DNA of 64,000 nt from a candidate division FCPU426 bacterium. Lineage in GTDB: Bacteria; Oederibacteriota; Muellerivitia; Muellerivitales; Muellerivitaceae. Positions 48,692 through 59,379 of the stretch are shown one piece after another (the stretch's first letter is position 1; the number at the start of each line of letters is the position of its first letter). The notes below the pieces were generated by a model that saw only the letters and a program-made list of their open reading frames with translations, had not been told where the DNA came from and searched no databases. The translations under genes were made by a program, and so were the position numbers. Location: positions 32,001 to 96,000 of the forward strand of contig CAWKAR010000052.1 in NCBI GenBank assembly GCA_963847625.1, in the 5' to 3' direction.

Positions 48692-49549
48692 TTGCTCTTT
48701 TCTTTAATTATACCAACGGTAAAAAGAACTCTCGAATTAAGCCGTTTATTGACCTCCATTTCCCGGCAAAAGTTGACACACCTGGGCCTTCAAGATGTCG
48801 AGGTCATCATCGTGGATCAGAATTTGGATGAAAGATTGTTAGAAGTGGTGGAGCCTTTTCGGAAGCTTTTGAATATCGTGCGGATAACCGCGCCCTCCTT
48901 GGGCCAATCCAACGCCAAAAATACCGGAATTGAAGTTCTTACGGGAAAATATGTCACATTCCCGGATGACGATTGCTTTTATGCTGAGGACACCCTTGAA
49001 AAGGCTTTTCTGGCTTTTGAAGAATCCAACGACCGATGCGCGATTTTTGGGCGGTGTCAGGACCTTGATTCCAAGAAATATTTACTGAAATATCCTAGGA
49101 AAAAAAAGATGATTTTTAGACCAAAAGATCCGTCAGTGTTCCTGGGCTTGCAAATCGCCCAATTTTACACGGAGGATATGGTGAGGGCGGTGGGGAATTT
49201 CGACGTTAAATTTTGCAGCGGCGGCAAATGGGGCTCGGGGGAAGAGACGGATTTCGCTATTCGTTGCTTGAAAAAAGGGTTTCCGATCCAATTTAGGCCC
49301 GATATTCTGGTTTGCCATCCGTTGGTAATACCGGAAACCATGGAAAAAGCAAAACTCAAAAAATACGCGATTGGTTTCGGGGCCCTTTGTCGTAAACACG
49401 GCTTAGTTTCCATGTTGATTTGGAAAACCATCAAACAATGGGTTGGAATGGTTTTCTTTTTTTGTCTTGGGAAATGGGGCAAAACCCACTGTTGTTGGAT
49501 TATTTCCATTCACCGGTTAGAAGGGTATTGGCAATACTCAGAAGAATAG
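48692..49549 (+). CDS. GT2 glycosyltransferase
   Basis: FSLIIPT, IVDQN, FPDDDC, GSGEETD. Confidence 0.88.
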   Translation: MLFSLIIPTVKRTLELSRLLTSISRQKLTHLGLQDVEVIIVDQNLDERLLEVVEPFRKLLNIVRITAPSLGQSNAKNTGIEVLTGKYVTFPDDDCFYAEDTLEKAFLAFEESNDRCAIFGRCQDLDSKKYLLKYPRKKKMIFRPKDPSVFLGLQIAQFYTEDMVRAVGNFDVKFCSGGKWGSGEETDFAIRCLKKGFPIQFRPDILVCHPLVIPETMEKAKLKKYAIGFGALCRKHGLVSMLIWKTIKQWVGMVFFFCLGKWGKTHCCWIISIHRLEGYWQYSEE

Positions 49550-49666
49550 ATTCCTCCCCACATTCCGATAAACCTAAGGCTAGGGGACATTTCCGGTTGT
49601 CAATTGATCGATTGTTGATTGCTTCTTTTCTGATATAGATCATAAACACGAGAGATGATTAGTGGC

Positions 49667-51052
49667 TTAACGCTTGGAAATTAGTTTGACTGAAAATAGT
49701 TGGCCATTCACTGGCCATGATTTAAGTACTTTTTCTGAAAAGCCGAAACGACCCCAATCCTTTAATTGGTTTGGGAAATTCCGAAAATGGTCATCCTCAA
49801 TTAAATAGAAATCGGTCAAGCCCAATTTCTGGAAGTCCCCTGAATATTCAAGGGAATAGAAGTCCCGGTCATAAAAGGCAAACCATTCGTTAGGCCCCCC
49901 TAAAATGGGAAGATTGTCCCTCGGGACGACGGATTTCATCTCCCTTATTTGCTCATTCAAATCAAAAGTATGGTTTAAATGGTAGACGAAAATGTATTGG
50001 GGAATGTAGAGGATCAGGAAAAGAAATATCGCGTTTTTCAAGGAGCTCCAAACTTCAAAAACCCTCAAGATCAACAATAGCAGTGCGGGATAAATGAAAA
50101 CGATGTAATGCATATTGGGGCGCATAACCACTAATGTAAAGACAAGAAGAACTGCCAAGAAATAATTGAGAAGCCGATTCTCCTTGTAAATTTTCTTGGT
50201 CCAATAGATCCAGGCGGAAAACAAAATCAAGATCAATTCCGGGATGTGGCGGCCGTATTTGGTCTTAAAGAAATATTCATAAACGAAGTTGTTGATCTGT
50301 CCGTGCAGAAGGATATTTCCCTCGGCGAGTATATGCGGAACGCGGCTAAGGGTTCCCGAATGAAGTGAGACGTAATAAAAGCTTCCTAGCAAGAAACCGA
50401 AGGCGGGGAAGACTATTTTTTTCCATAGGCCATGTCTTGAAAAAGGACTAGAGGGCAGTGAGGATAAAGCTTGAACGGATATATAGAAGAAAGCGATGAT
50501 CCCCAAGGGATGGGATTCGAATGCGATCCATGCGGATACCATGGCATAAAAATAGAGCCGACTCGTACTGAACCAGAGAGAAGCTGTAACCAAAAAAAAC
50601 ACGAAGGCGTCATATCGGGCGGAATTGGCGATAGTAAAAAAAGGATCCAATAAAAGCATGGATGTTCCGAAGGAGAGGGCTAGATCGCGGCTGTACTTCA
50701 TCCGCAGCAGGATGGAAACCCAAAGGGGAATGGATAAAAACAGGAAAAAGGTTGAAGTGATATGGGCGTTGCTTTTGGTCCAACCGATGCGGTCCAAAGC
50801 GGTTCCGATGATCAAGGCTGGGGTTTTACCGAAGAATTGCATTCCTGCCGCGGTATAACCCATGTACCGATCGCAGGAAATGCCATGATGAAGATAATTG
50901 TAATAAAAAGAGAGAACCCAGGGATCGTCCGTATCTTCAACCCGATACTTGCAGTGAAGCGCCATGTAAACTGAAAGAGAGATAACCGCGTATAGAATTA
51001 AAAAGGCCTTAAAATTTTTAAAAGGGGAAAGGGATTGGTGTTGGTTCAACAA
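49667..51052 (-). CDS. Polytopic membrane protein, probable GT-C glycosyltransferase
   Basis: TM1 followed by an acidic DTDDPW loop, SARYD, ESHP; many TM helices. Confidence 0.6.
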   Translation of the reverse strand: MLNQHQSLSPFKNFKAFLILYAVISLSVYMALHCKYRVEDTDDPWVLSFYYNYLHHGISCDRYMGYTAAGMQFFGKTPALIIGTALDRIGWTKSNAHITSTFFLFLSIPLWVSILLRMKYSRDLALSFGTSMLLLDPFFTIANSARYDAFVFFLVTASLWFSTSRLYFYAMVSAWIAFESHPLGIIAFFYISVQALSSLPSSPFSRHGLWKKIVFPAFGFLLGSFYYVSLHSGTLSRVPHILAEGNILLHGQINNFVYEYFFKTKYGRHIPELILILFSAWIYWTKKIYKENRLLNYFLAVLLVFTLVVMRPNMHYIVFIYPALLLLILRVFEVWSSLKNAIFLFLILYIPQYIFVYHLNHTFDLNEQIREMKSVVPRDNLPILGGPNEWFAFYDRDFYSLEYSGDFQKLGLTDFYLIEDDHFRNFPNQLKDWGRFGFSEKVLKSWPVNGQLFSVKLISKR

Positions 51053-51471
51053 GGGATGAGCGCCTTGGGGAAAGGTTTCATTCTGAAACGAATTTTACTA
51101 TATTTAACTAAAGGTTTGTGGATATTTGGCGGAAAAGGGAAAGCTATCCAAACACTTACGATTAATGTTTATAAGTTGAGGGCCACCGGTATCCCCCTTT
51201 GTGGTTTTTGAAATGATGGATAGTACGAAACTTAAAAATCCGCCACCGGTTTTGGCGAGCTTTGACGTCAACAGAGACTTTAGGGTTTGGCTTTTTGGAA
51301 GTTCCTCAAACAATTCGTCGGTATATTCTTTTTTGCGTTTAAATGGGGCATCAAAGGTTCGGCTGATTGCTGGGTGATCGCTTTCTCGAGGCAGGAGCGA
51401 TTATTAAAATATGGTAGTAAAAATGTTTTAGGAATTACTCACCCAATATCCATTTCGATTATGAGGTTCTA

Positions 51472-52551
51472 ATGACAATGATCGCCATTGATGTGCGCAT
51501 GTTCCGTTCTTCCGGAATAGGTTCCTATATCAGGAACTTGGTTCCTAGGGTTATCATGAACCTGTCGGACATTCGGTTTATCTTAATAGGGCCGATATTG
51601 GAGATGGAAGGTTGGGAAGGTGTTCAACGAAAGAATGTGGCCTTGGTTGAATGCCATGCGCCCATTTATTCGGTTTCGGAGCAAATAGCCCTCCTAAGAG
51701 CTATCCCCGGGGATTGTAGCTTGTTTTGGTCACCGCATTATAACATCCCGCTTTTATATCATGGCCCCCTGATGGTCACCGTTCACGATGTATTTCACCT
51801 AGCCAATCCCCAATGGGTGGGCGGGTTTCACCGGCGATGGTACGCAAAAATGATGTTTGGGCAGGTCGCAAAAAGAAGCCAGGCTATCATATGCGTGTCT
51901 GGATTCACGAAAACCGAATTAACCAATCGGATTCCTGTGGATGGAAGAAAAATCCGGATGATTCATAATGGCGTGGACACCGATTGGTTCATTAAGACGA
52001 AGGCCAAACCCCGAAGGCCCTATCTTCTTTATGTGGGGAACCTCAAGCCCCATAAAAATTTAAAAGGTTTGCTGGAAGCCTTTAGGATCCTTCAAGACCA
52101 GATTCCCCATGAACTCTTGATCGCGGGGAAAAAGGATGGTCTTCGCTCAGCGGATTGGGAAGGTCTGCAAAAAATGGATGATTTCGGGAAAAGAGTACGT
52201 TACCTGGGAGAGGTGGAGGAATTGGAATTACGGCGATTATACGGGGGAGCGTCGGCCCTGGTTTTCCCGTCCTTCTATGAGGGGTTCGGTTTGCCACCCC
52301 TGGAGGCTATGGCGGCTGGGTGCCCGGTCGTCGCTTCCAATGCGGCCTCGCTCCCTGAAGTCTGCTCGGATGCGGCTTTGTTTTTCGACCCCAACGATGT
52401 AAAGGATATGGCAAGGTGTATTTTACGCATTTTGAAGGAGCCGTTCTTAAGGTCCGTTATTCGGAAAAAAGGGAAGCAACGGGCTCGGCAGTTTTCATGG
52501 GATAAAAGCGCCAAAAAAACAATTGATGTCATCAAATCCTCTCTTCGTTGA
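51472..52551 (+). CDS. GT4 glycosyltransferase (mannosyltransferase-like)
   Basis: TVHD, KPHKN, FPSFYEGFGLPPLEAMA. Confidence 0.93.
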   Translation: MTMIAIDVRMFRSSGIGSYIRNLVPRVIMNLSDIRFILIGPILEMEGWEGVQRKNVALVECHAPIYSVSEQIALLRAIPGDCSLFWSPHYNIPLLYHGPLMVTVHDVFHLANPQWVGGFHRRWYAKMMFGQVAKRSQAIICVSGFTKTELTNRIPVDGRKIRMIHNGVDTDWFIKTKAKPRRPYLLYVGNLKPHKNLKGLLEAFRILQDQIPHELLIAGKKDGLRSADWEGLQKMDDFGKRVRYLGEVEELELRRLYGGASALVFPSFYEGFGLPPLEAMAAGCPVVASNAASLPEVCSDAALFFDPNDVKDMARCILRILKEPFLRSVIRKKGKQRARQFSWDKSAKKTIDVIKSSLR

Positions 52552-52673
52552 AAGGATTTTAATAGGGTGTTGTGGAAGTAATGAAGAGGATTTCCCTTTA
52601 TTCATTTTGGCAGAGGGCAGTTAACATCTTCTCCCTTTAAAACAGCTATCCTGAAAGTATACTGATTAGGTGT

Positions 52674-53855
52674 TTGTCCGGAATTTTCCATGCTCGGGAG
52701 AAAGAATTGATCATTGGAATCGATGGAACCAGTCTCCAGGGGGAACGCTCGGGCGCGGGATGGTACTTGACATACCTTCTGGAAGCCCTGTCCCACGTCT
52801 TGGAAGAGGATAAGTTATACGTATGGATGAATAATCCGACGGTCGAGGATCGGGCCCGGGTGTCGGAAAACAGGTTTGTCGCTCTGAGCGTCACCCATTA
52901 TCCCTGGGCCGCCTTGAAACTGACTTGGAGTACGTTAAATACTCCACACATCGATAACTTAATTGGTCGGTCTGCTGATCTGTATTTTTTCCCTAATTTT
53001 TATCTATCCATCCCTCAAAAGCAGGGTAAAAAAGTCGTCTATATCCATGATTTAACCCACCTCACCCATCCCGAGATGGTGACCGGGGCGAACTTGAAAA
53101 ACACGGTAACAAACCTGGAAAAAGAGGCGGAAAAGGCCGATCTCCTGTTGACCGGCACGGAATACAACCGCCAGGAAATGTTAAGGATTTTCCGGCATTT
53201 AAACGAATCCAAAATCCGGGTGATTCCCTTCGGCGTGCCCGAGCCTTTCCAGGGGCCCGCCCCCGCAGAGAAGGTCCGTGAGGTGCAGGAGCGTTATCGG
53301 TTGGCCCGGCCTTATTTCCTCTACGCTGGAACCCTGGAACCCCGGCAGAACCTCCTCAGGCTGGTCCACGCTTTCCTGCTTTTCAAGCAAAGGTTTCAAA
53401 GCGACCATGAGTTGATATTGGCGGGGCCTAAAGGCGGGATAGGCGAGGATTTCATCCACTTTATTCTTTCCCCGCAAATGGAGGGAAAGGTGCGGTGGCT
53501 GGAAAATTTCCCTTCCATTGAATTGCCAGCCCTCCTAACCGGGGCTTCCGCCTTTCTTTTTCCCTCCTTGAGGGAAGGTTTCGGGATGCCGTTGCTGGAA
53601 GCCATGGGATGCGGAACCCCCATTCTTTGTTCCACGACTTCCGTCATGCCGGAAATAGTGGGAGACGCTGCTTGGCTGACTGGGCCAGGTGACGTGGACA
53701 AATGGGCGAAGGCCATGGAAAGGATTTCGGCCGAGCCCGCTTTTACTGCGGTTTTGAGGGAAAAAGCGAAAACGAGAATTTCTCTGTTCCGGATGGACAA
53801 TACCGCGAAACAGACCTTGGCGGTCTGGAAGATGGTACAACAATCCCACTTTTGA
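52674..53855 (+). CDS. GT4 glycosyltransferase
   Basis: IHDL, GTLEPRQN, FPSLREGFGMPLLEAM. Confidence 0.92.
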   Translation: MSGIFHAREKELIIGIDGTSLQGERSGAGWYLTYLLEALSHVLEEDKLYVWMNNPTVEDRARVSENRFVALSVTHYPWAALKLTWSTLNTPHIDNLIGRSADLYFFPNFYLSIPQKQGKKVVYIHDLTHLTHPEMVTGANLKNTVTNLEKEAEKADLLLTGTEYNRQEMLRIFRHLNESKIRVIPFGVPEPFQGPAPAEKVREVQERYRLARPYFLYAGTLEPRQNLLRLVHAFLLFKQRFQSDHELILAGPKGGIGEDFIHFILSPQMEGKVRWLENFPSIELPALLTGASAFLFPSLREGFGMPLLEAMGCGTPILCSTTSVMPEIVGDAAWLTGPGDVDKWAKAMERISAEPAFTAVLREKAKTRISLFRMDNTAKQTLAVWKMVQQSHF

Positions 53856-53919
53856 GTTTTTCCTTTAAAACGAAACGAAGACTAGCGCTCCTCTCACAAA
53901 AATCGATCGAAAGGCCCGG

Positions 53920-55185
53920 ATGATCCAGAAGTCCATAAAACCTATCCCGAAGGCGATGGATCACGAAAAGTTCAATGTCGTAATCAGACCCTTCTCCCAG
54001 GAAAAAATGGATCCCATCGAAATTCCCAATCTTGACGGAGAATCGAAGCAAAACCTTGGTACCTTATCCCCCAAATCCTCCATGATTTTGGGGGAGTTTG
54101 TTTCCCGTCTGCGGGAAAAAAATGAGGTTCTGGCCAAATTTCCCGAGAATCCAAAGGCTTCAGTGGTAGTGGTCAATTACAACGGCGTGGATTTTCTTTG
54201 GAGCTGTCTTTTTTCATTGAAAACCCAAACCTATCCCCCCTTCGAGACGATTCTCGTGGACAACCATTCCACCGATGCCAGCTTATCTTTCGTCCGATCC
54301 AATTACCCGCAAGTGAGAATTCTGGAATGCCAGGAAAATTTCGGTTTCGTCTTGGCCGCCAATCTTGGCGCCAAATGTTCCAAGGGCGACCTGGTGGTGG
54401 TTTTAAACAACGACGCCATGCTTACACCAGAATGGATGGCCAAGGCCGTGGAAAGCGCGAGGAACCGGTGGCCGGTGGGAGGGGCGGTGGCCTCAGAGGT
54501 AAAGTCCCGGCAAGCTATCGACGGGTCTATCCCCCCTGCCGAGGAGTTCAAAACCTTGAATTTCCTGGGCAAGCCGATTGAGGGATTTTTCAGCGATAGT
54601 AAGATCTTTTTTCACCCGAACGGCTGCGCTTTGGCTTACGTGCGCCGGCTTTTACCCGAGGGGCCGTTTGACCCCGATTATTTCATTTACCAGGAGGATG
54701 TTTTTTTGGGTTGGAAATTGCGCCTGGGAGGTTATAGGGTTTTCCAGGCGGAGGGCGCCAGGGTTTTCCACGAGGAAGGCGGAACCATGTCCCGCTACCC
54801 AGGATGGAAAAGCGATTATTATAAAATCCGGAACCGTTGGTTGAACCTCCTATTGCTTTATGAATCCGGCACCCTCCGGAAGATTTCCCCCTGGTTGGCC
54901 TTGGATTTCGGGGTCCAGTTGTTAAGGGGACTTTTTCTTTCCCCTCAATGGCTTTTCTCGACCCTGGTTGGGATCCTCTGGATCTTGACCCATTTGGGGT
55001 TGATAAAACGTAAGAGGCGGGTCCTTCAGGAACGGCGCAAGGTTACGGACGAGGAAATTCTCGCCTTTATGAGCGGCCGAATGGCCAGGGACCGGGGTTT
55101 TACCTCAAGAATGATCAATCTGTTTTCCCTTGCCTATTGCCGTTTGGTGAAACTCAAGGTATTGGAAACCCAAGAAATCGTTTAA
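53920..55185 (+). CDS. GT2 glycosyltransferase (rhamnosyltransferase-like)
   Basis: VVVNYNG, VDNHSTD, LNNDA, FIYQEDV; start position uncertain. Confidence 0.88.
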   Translation: MIQKSIKPIPKAMDHEKFNVVIRPFSQEKMDPIEIPNLDGESKQNLGTLSPKSSMILGEFVSRLREKNEVLAKFPENPKASVVVVNYNGVDFLWSCLFSLKTQTYPPFETILVDNHSTDASLSFVRSNYPQVRILECQENFGFVLAANLGAKCSKGDLVVVLNNDAMLTPEWMAKAVESARNRWPVGGAVASEVKSRQAIDGSIPPAEEFKTLNFLGKPIEGFFSDSKIFFHPNGCALAYVRRLLPEGPFDPDYFIYQEDVFLGWKLRLGGYRVFQAEGARVFHEEGGTMSRYPGWKSDYYKIRNRWLNLLLLYESGTLRKISPWLALDFGVQLLRGLFLSPQWLFSTLVGILWILTHLGLIKRKRRVLQERRKVTDEEILAFMSGRMARDRGFTSRMINLFSLAYCRLVKLKVLETQEIV

Positions 55186-55285
55186 GAACAGGTTTTCTGA
55201 ATATATAACTTTAAAACCCCATCCCTTTCGGGGTAAACTCGGAGCTTTTCCGGGGATAACAACCAAAAATCGGAGGTTTTTAGCC

Positions 55286-55624
55286 TTGACCAAGGGATTG
55301 AAAAGGAATTCCGCCTCAATTAATGACCCCCAACGGTGCGCGATTTGTGCGACTACATTAACCTTATACCCGAAGGATTTTTTGCCCTGTCCCCATTGCC
55401 ACAAAAGTATTTGCCGCCAATGTTGGGGAGAAACCTGGGAAAAAAAGACCTTTGCGGGCGATGCTTGCGCCCACCTGTCCCAAAACGACGGATTGACCGT
55501 ATCCAACATCGAGCAAAACCAGAAGTCCCTGGATTGGGATTGGTATAAACTCGCCCTCGCGGCGGGTTTGGTGATCCTGGCCGGGGCCATTGTGCTTTTC
55601 CTTTTAAACCTCTTCGCTTTTTAA
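55286..55624 (+). CDS. Small Cys-rich putative zinc-finger protein with C-terminal membrane anchor
   Basis: CAIC...CPHCHKSICRQC...CAH followed by a hydrophobic tail. Confidence 0.6.
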   Translation: MTKGLKRNSASINDPQRCAICATTLTLYPKDFLPCPHCHKSICRQCWGETWEKKTFAGDACAHLSQNDGLTVSNIEQNQKSLDWDWYKLALAAGLVILAGAIVLFLLNLFAF

Positions 55625-55685
55625 TCCCCGGCGCCTTACTCGACGCCAGAGCGCTTGAAGACCGTTCTATTTTCAGGGGGGGCCG

Positions 55686-56783
55686 TTGAAAATCGCCATC
55701 GTCCATGATTGGATGACCGGAATGAGAGGCGGGGAAAAGGTTCTTCTTTGCTTCCTCGAGCTGTTTCAGGACGCGGACCTTTACACCCTGGTTTTCGTTC
55801 CGTCGAAAATGGACCCAGCTTTCCAAAAGCGGCGAATCACCACTTCCAGGCTTCAGAACCTTCCTTTCGGCAAAAGCCGATACCAATACTATCTCCCGCT
55901 TTATTGGGGCCTCATGGGGGGATTCGACCTTTCCGGGTATGACCTGATTGTTTCCTCCAGTTCCGCCTGCGCCAAGTGGGTGAGAAACCCCAGGCAAGTT
56001 CCTCATTTTTGTTATTGCCACACGCCCATGCGTTATATCTGGGACCTGTTTGCGGATTATTTTGGGCCTTTATCCCCTTGGCCCATTCGTACCGCGGCCA
56101 GGTTTTTCCGCCCTTACCTTCAGGCCCGGGATTTGGAATCCAACAAAGGGGTAACCCAATTCCTGGCCAATTCCACAGAAACGCAGGGACGAATTAAGCG
56201 GATTTACGGCCGTGAATCCGAAATTCTCCATCCGCCCGTGGATTTTGACCGTTTTCAGGCCAGGTCCGGGAAAGGGAATTATTTCCTCGTTCTTTCCGCC
56301 TTGGTGCCCTATAAAAAGATCGAATTGGCTGTCCGAGTATGTTCCAAGCGGGGCTGGCCCTTGCGGGTCGTAGGAAAGGGAAGCGAGGAAAAACGCTTGC
56401 GAGTCCTGGCCGGTCCCTCGGTCCAATTTGAGGGTTGGGCATCTTCGGATAAAGTTCCGGAGCTTTACGCCGGGGCCAGAGCCCTTTTGTTTCCGGGCCG
56501 TGAGGATTTCGGGATCGTTCCCCTGGAGGCCCTGGCGTCTGGTTGCCCAGTGGTGGCTTATGGCGAAGGAGGGGTGAAAGACACTCTCGAAGACGGGGTA
56601 ACCGGCGTTCTTTTTCACGAACAAACAGAAGACGCGCTGGAAGCCGCCATGGAGAAGTTTCAAAACCTTTCCTTCGATCCCCAGGCGCTAAGAGAAAAAG
56701 CCAAGCCCTTTTCGAAGGAAAGGTTTATGGAGAATACTAAGTCGTTTTTCCGCGGGACGATTACCTTGAAAAACGAAATTTGA
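55686..56783 (+). CDS. GT4 glycosyltransferase (WbaZ-like)
   Basis: VHDW...GGEKV, YCHTPMRYIW, EDFGIVPLEA. Confidence 0.93.
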   Translation: MKIAIVHDWMTGMRGGEKVLLCFLELFQDADLYTLVFVPSKMDPAFQKRRITTSRLQNLPFGKSRYQYYLPLYWGLMGGFDLSGYDLIVSSSSACAKWVRNPRQVPHFCYCHTPMRYIWDLFADYFGPLSPWPIRTAARFFRPYLQARDLESNKGVTQFLANSTETQGRIKRIYGRESEILHPPVDFDRFQARSGKGNYFLVLSALVPYKKIELAVRVCSKRGWPLRVVGKGSEEKRLRVLAGPSVQFEGWASSDKVPELYAGARALLFPGREDFGIVPLEALASGCPVVAYGEGGVKDTLEDGVTGVLFHEQTEDALEAAMEKFQNLSFDPQALREKAKPFSKERFMENTKSFFRGTITLKNEI

Positions 56784-56956
56784 AAGTTTTCAGTTGGCAG
56801 TTCGCAGATAAAGATAACAAGACTACAATAAGCGATATTTGGTTTTAAACTGTATGGGATTAAAGATAAATAGTGTAGGCGGAAATCTTATCTGATCTTG
56901 AAAAATTATTGGTTTAGCAAAAATCGATAAATCTTGGGCTTTAATTCGGGGGGAAA

Positions 56957-58345
56957 ATGAAGTTCCGCATTCCATCCATCTTTTCAGTCCTTAGCTTCCT
57001 CTTGGACGGTGCCCTCGTGGCTTGTTCTTTTATCTTGGCCAACTGGGTCCGGTTTTTCTCGGGTTGGCTTAAGGTGGGAAACGTTACTTCCTACCCGCAT
57101 TACCGTTCTTTCATCCTATTCGTGGTCGTGGTTCATTGGATTGTATTCAAATATGTTGGGCTTTATCGTAAGCGGCGAGGCATTTCGGGAGTGGATGAGT
57201 TTTCCAAGATCCTTCAAGGCACCTTGACGGCCTTTATCCTGATCGCGGCCGCGACCTTTTTGAGCAAGTTTTTCGCTTTCTCCCGCCTCGTGATTGGTTT
57301 TTCTGCCGCCTTCATTACCCTGGCTGTTTGGTTAGAAAGGGGGGCTATCAGGCGGACCCAAGTCCTTTTGCGCCGCCGCGGCATCGGGGTCACCCGCGTT
57401 TTGATTGTGGGCACCGGGGAAACCGCCCATGTCTTGCTCCAAAGGCTGAGGCAAAATCCTGGTTTAGGATACCGGATGGCGGGGGTTGTTTCGGAAAGAA
57501 AAACATCAGGGCAGGTTGAGGGTTTTAAGGTGGTGGGAAACCTTGCCCGTTTTCATCAGGTAATCCAAAAACTTCATCCCGAAGAAATAATTTTCGCGTT
57601 ACCTGCTAAAAACCACGGCGAGCTGGTTCCCCTGTTGGTGTCGCTCCAAGATACAAATTTGAGATACAAAATAGTCTCCGACCTATTCGGTTTGATTACC
57701 AACCCTCTGGAAAGCGATGTGCTTCTGGACATGCCGGTTTTTGAGATGAAAGAAGCGCCATTGAATGTTTGGCATAACCGTGTTGTGAAACGGTTGTTTG
57801 ATTTCATGTTATCCCTGGTTGGATTAACATTTTTTTCCCCCGTCCTAGTTTTATTGACATTGGGCGTAAAAATCTCCTCACCCGGCCCTGCTTTTTTCGG
57901 CCAAAAAAGAGTCGGCCGGGATGGAAAGGTTTTTCATATCTTGAAGTTCAGGTCAATGAAAGTCGGTTCCGAAACTGTGGCTTTTACTGCAAAAGACGAT
58001 CCGCGTGTGACTCCATTTGGGATATTTATGCGCAAAACCAGCCTGGATGAACTACCCCAGCTATTCAATGTTCTGGTCGGGGATATGAGTTTGGTGGGCC
58101 CCAGGCCCGAAGTGCCGGGATTGGTTGAGAAATTCGAGAAGGAAATACCCCGTTATTTCGAGCGGCACCAGGTTAAATCGGGAATTACTGGGTGGGCGCA
58201 GGTGAACGGCTTGCGGGGAAATACCTCCTTGCACGAGAGAGTGAAATACGACATTTATTACATTGAGAATTGGAACCTCTGGTTCGACATCAAGATTATC
58301 CTTCGCACGGTGTTGGATATCTTTGAACATGAGCATGCTTATTAA
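56957..58345 (+). CDS. Undecaprenyl-phosphate sugar-1-phosphate transferase (WcaJ/CpsE-like)
   Basis: [52 protein letters not shown]. Confidence 0.95.
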   Translation: MKFRIPSIFSVLSFLLDGALVACSFILANWVRFFSGWLKVGNVTSYPHYRSFILFVVVVHWIVFKYVGLYRKRRGISGVDEFSKILQGTLTAFILIAAATFLSKFFAFSRLVIGFSAAFITLAVWLERGAIRRTQVLLRRRGIGVTRVLIVGTGETAHVLLQRLRQNPGLGYRMAGVVSERKTSGQVEGFKVVGNLARFHQVIQKLHPEEIIFALPAKNHGELVPLLVSLQDTNLRYKIVSDLFGLITNPLESDVLLDMPVFEMKEAPLNVWHNRVVKRLFDFMLSLVGLTFFSPVLVLLTLGVKISSPGPAFFGQKRVGRDGKVFHILKFRSMKVGSETVAFTAKDDPRVTPFGIFMRKTSLDELPQLFNVLVGDMSLVGPRPEVPGLVEKFEKEIPRYFERHQVKSGITGWAQVNGLRGNTSLHERVKYDIYYIENWNLWFDIKIILRTVLDIFEHEHAY

Positions 58346-58406
58346 AAGGTTACAATTAACGTTGGGAGCTTTATAAGTTCGAGTCCAAAGCGGGGTGCCA
58401 TAAACT

Positions 58407-59321
58407 ATGAAAATTTTAGTAACCGGTGGAGCAGGGTTCATCGGAAGCCATGTGGTGGATGCCTATATTCAGGCAGGTCACCAAGTGGTGGTAGTGGATG
58501 ACCTATCCACTGGCCGAAAGGAAAACCTCAATCCCAAGGCCAAATTCCACAAAATGTCCATCCTGGATGAAAAGCTTCAACAACTCATGCAGGACGAGAA
58601 GATTGAGGTGGTCAACCACCACGCTGCCCAAATAAAGGTCAAAGCGTCCATGGAAGACCCCTATTTCGACGTGAAAATAAACGTGCTGGGATCTGTTCTT
58701 CTGATGGACCTCAGCCGCAGGGCTGGTGTACGCAAGATGATCTTTGCCTCCTCGGGCGGGGCCATGTACGGGGAAGCCAAGAAAGGAGCCTTCACGGAAG
58801 ACACAAAGCCAAGACCCTTTTCGGTGTACGGGGCCAGTAAAACGTCGGTTGAACTTTACCTGGATGTCTTCGCTCAGAACTTCGGTTTAGAATACGTAAC
58901 CCTCCGTTACGCCAACGTTTATGGACCGCGGCAGGATGCATTGGGAGAGGGAGGGGTGGTGGCCATCTTCACCCACAACATGATTCATGGCGGGGACTTT
59001 CAAATTTTTGGGGACGGTTATAACATTCGGGACTACGTTTATGTGAAAGACTTGGCCAGGGCCAATCTTCTGGCGTTGGATTATCCCAAGATCGACGCTT
59101 TCAACATCGGGACGGGCGTGGAAACCACCACCAATGGACTATTTGAAATGTTGGCTAAAACGACGGGGTACACGAAACCCGCCAAGCATACCGTGGCTCG
59201 GCTTGGGGACTTGAAGAAGAGTGTATTGGATCCCTCGCGGGCAAAAAAATTCCTGAAATGGGAACCGCAATATAATTTGAAAAAGGGTTTGGAAGAAACG
59301 GCCGAATATTACAAAAAATAG
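58407..59321 (+). CDS. NAD-dependent epimerase (UDP-glucose 4-epimerase-like)
   Basis: TGGAGFIGSH, SSGGAMYG, YGASK, RYANVYGPRQ. Confidence 0.92.
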   Translation: MKILVTGGAGFIGSHVVDAYIQAGHQVVVVDDLSTGRKENLNPKAKFHKMSILDEKLQQLMQDEKIEVVNHHAAQIKVKASMEDPYFDVKINVLGSVLLMDLSRRAGVRKMIFASSGGAMYGEAKKGAFTEDTKPRPFSVYGASKTSVELYLDVFAQNFGLEYVTLRYANVYGPRQDALGEGGVVAIFTHNMIHGGDFQIFGDGYNIRDYVYVKDLARANLLALDYPKIDAFNIGTGVETTTNGLFEMLAKTTGYTKPAKHTVARLGDLKKSVLDPSRAKKFLKWEPQYNLKKGLEETAEYYKK

Positions 59322-59379
59322 TTAGAAAATAGGGATTAGTTGTTGATGATAAAAACTCTTAACTTTTCATGAGGTTTAC

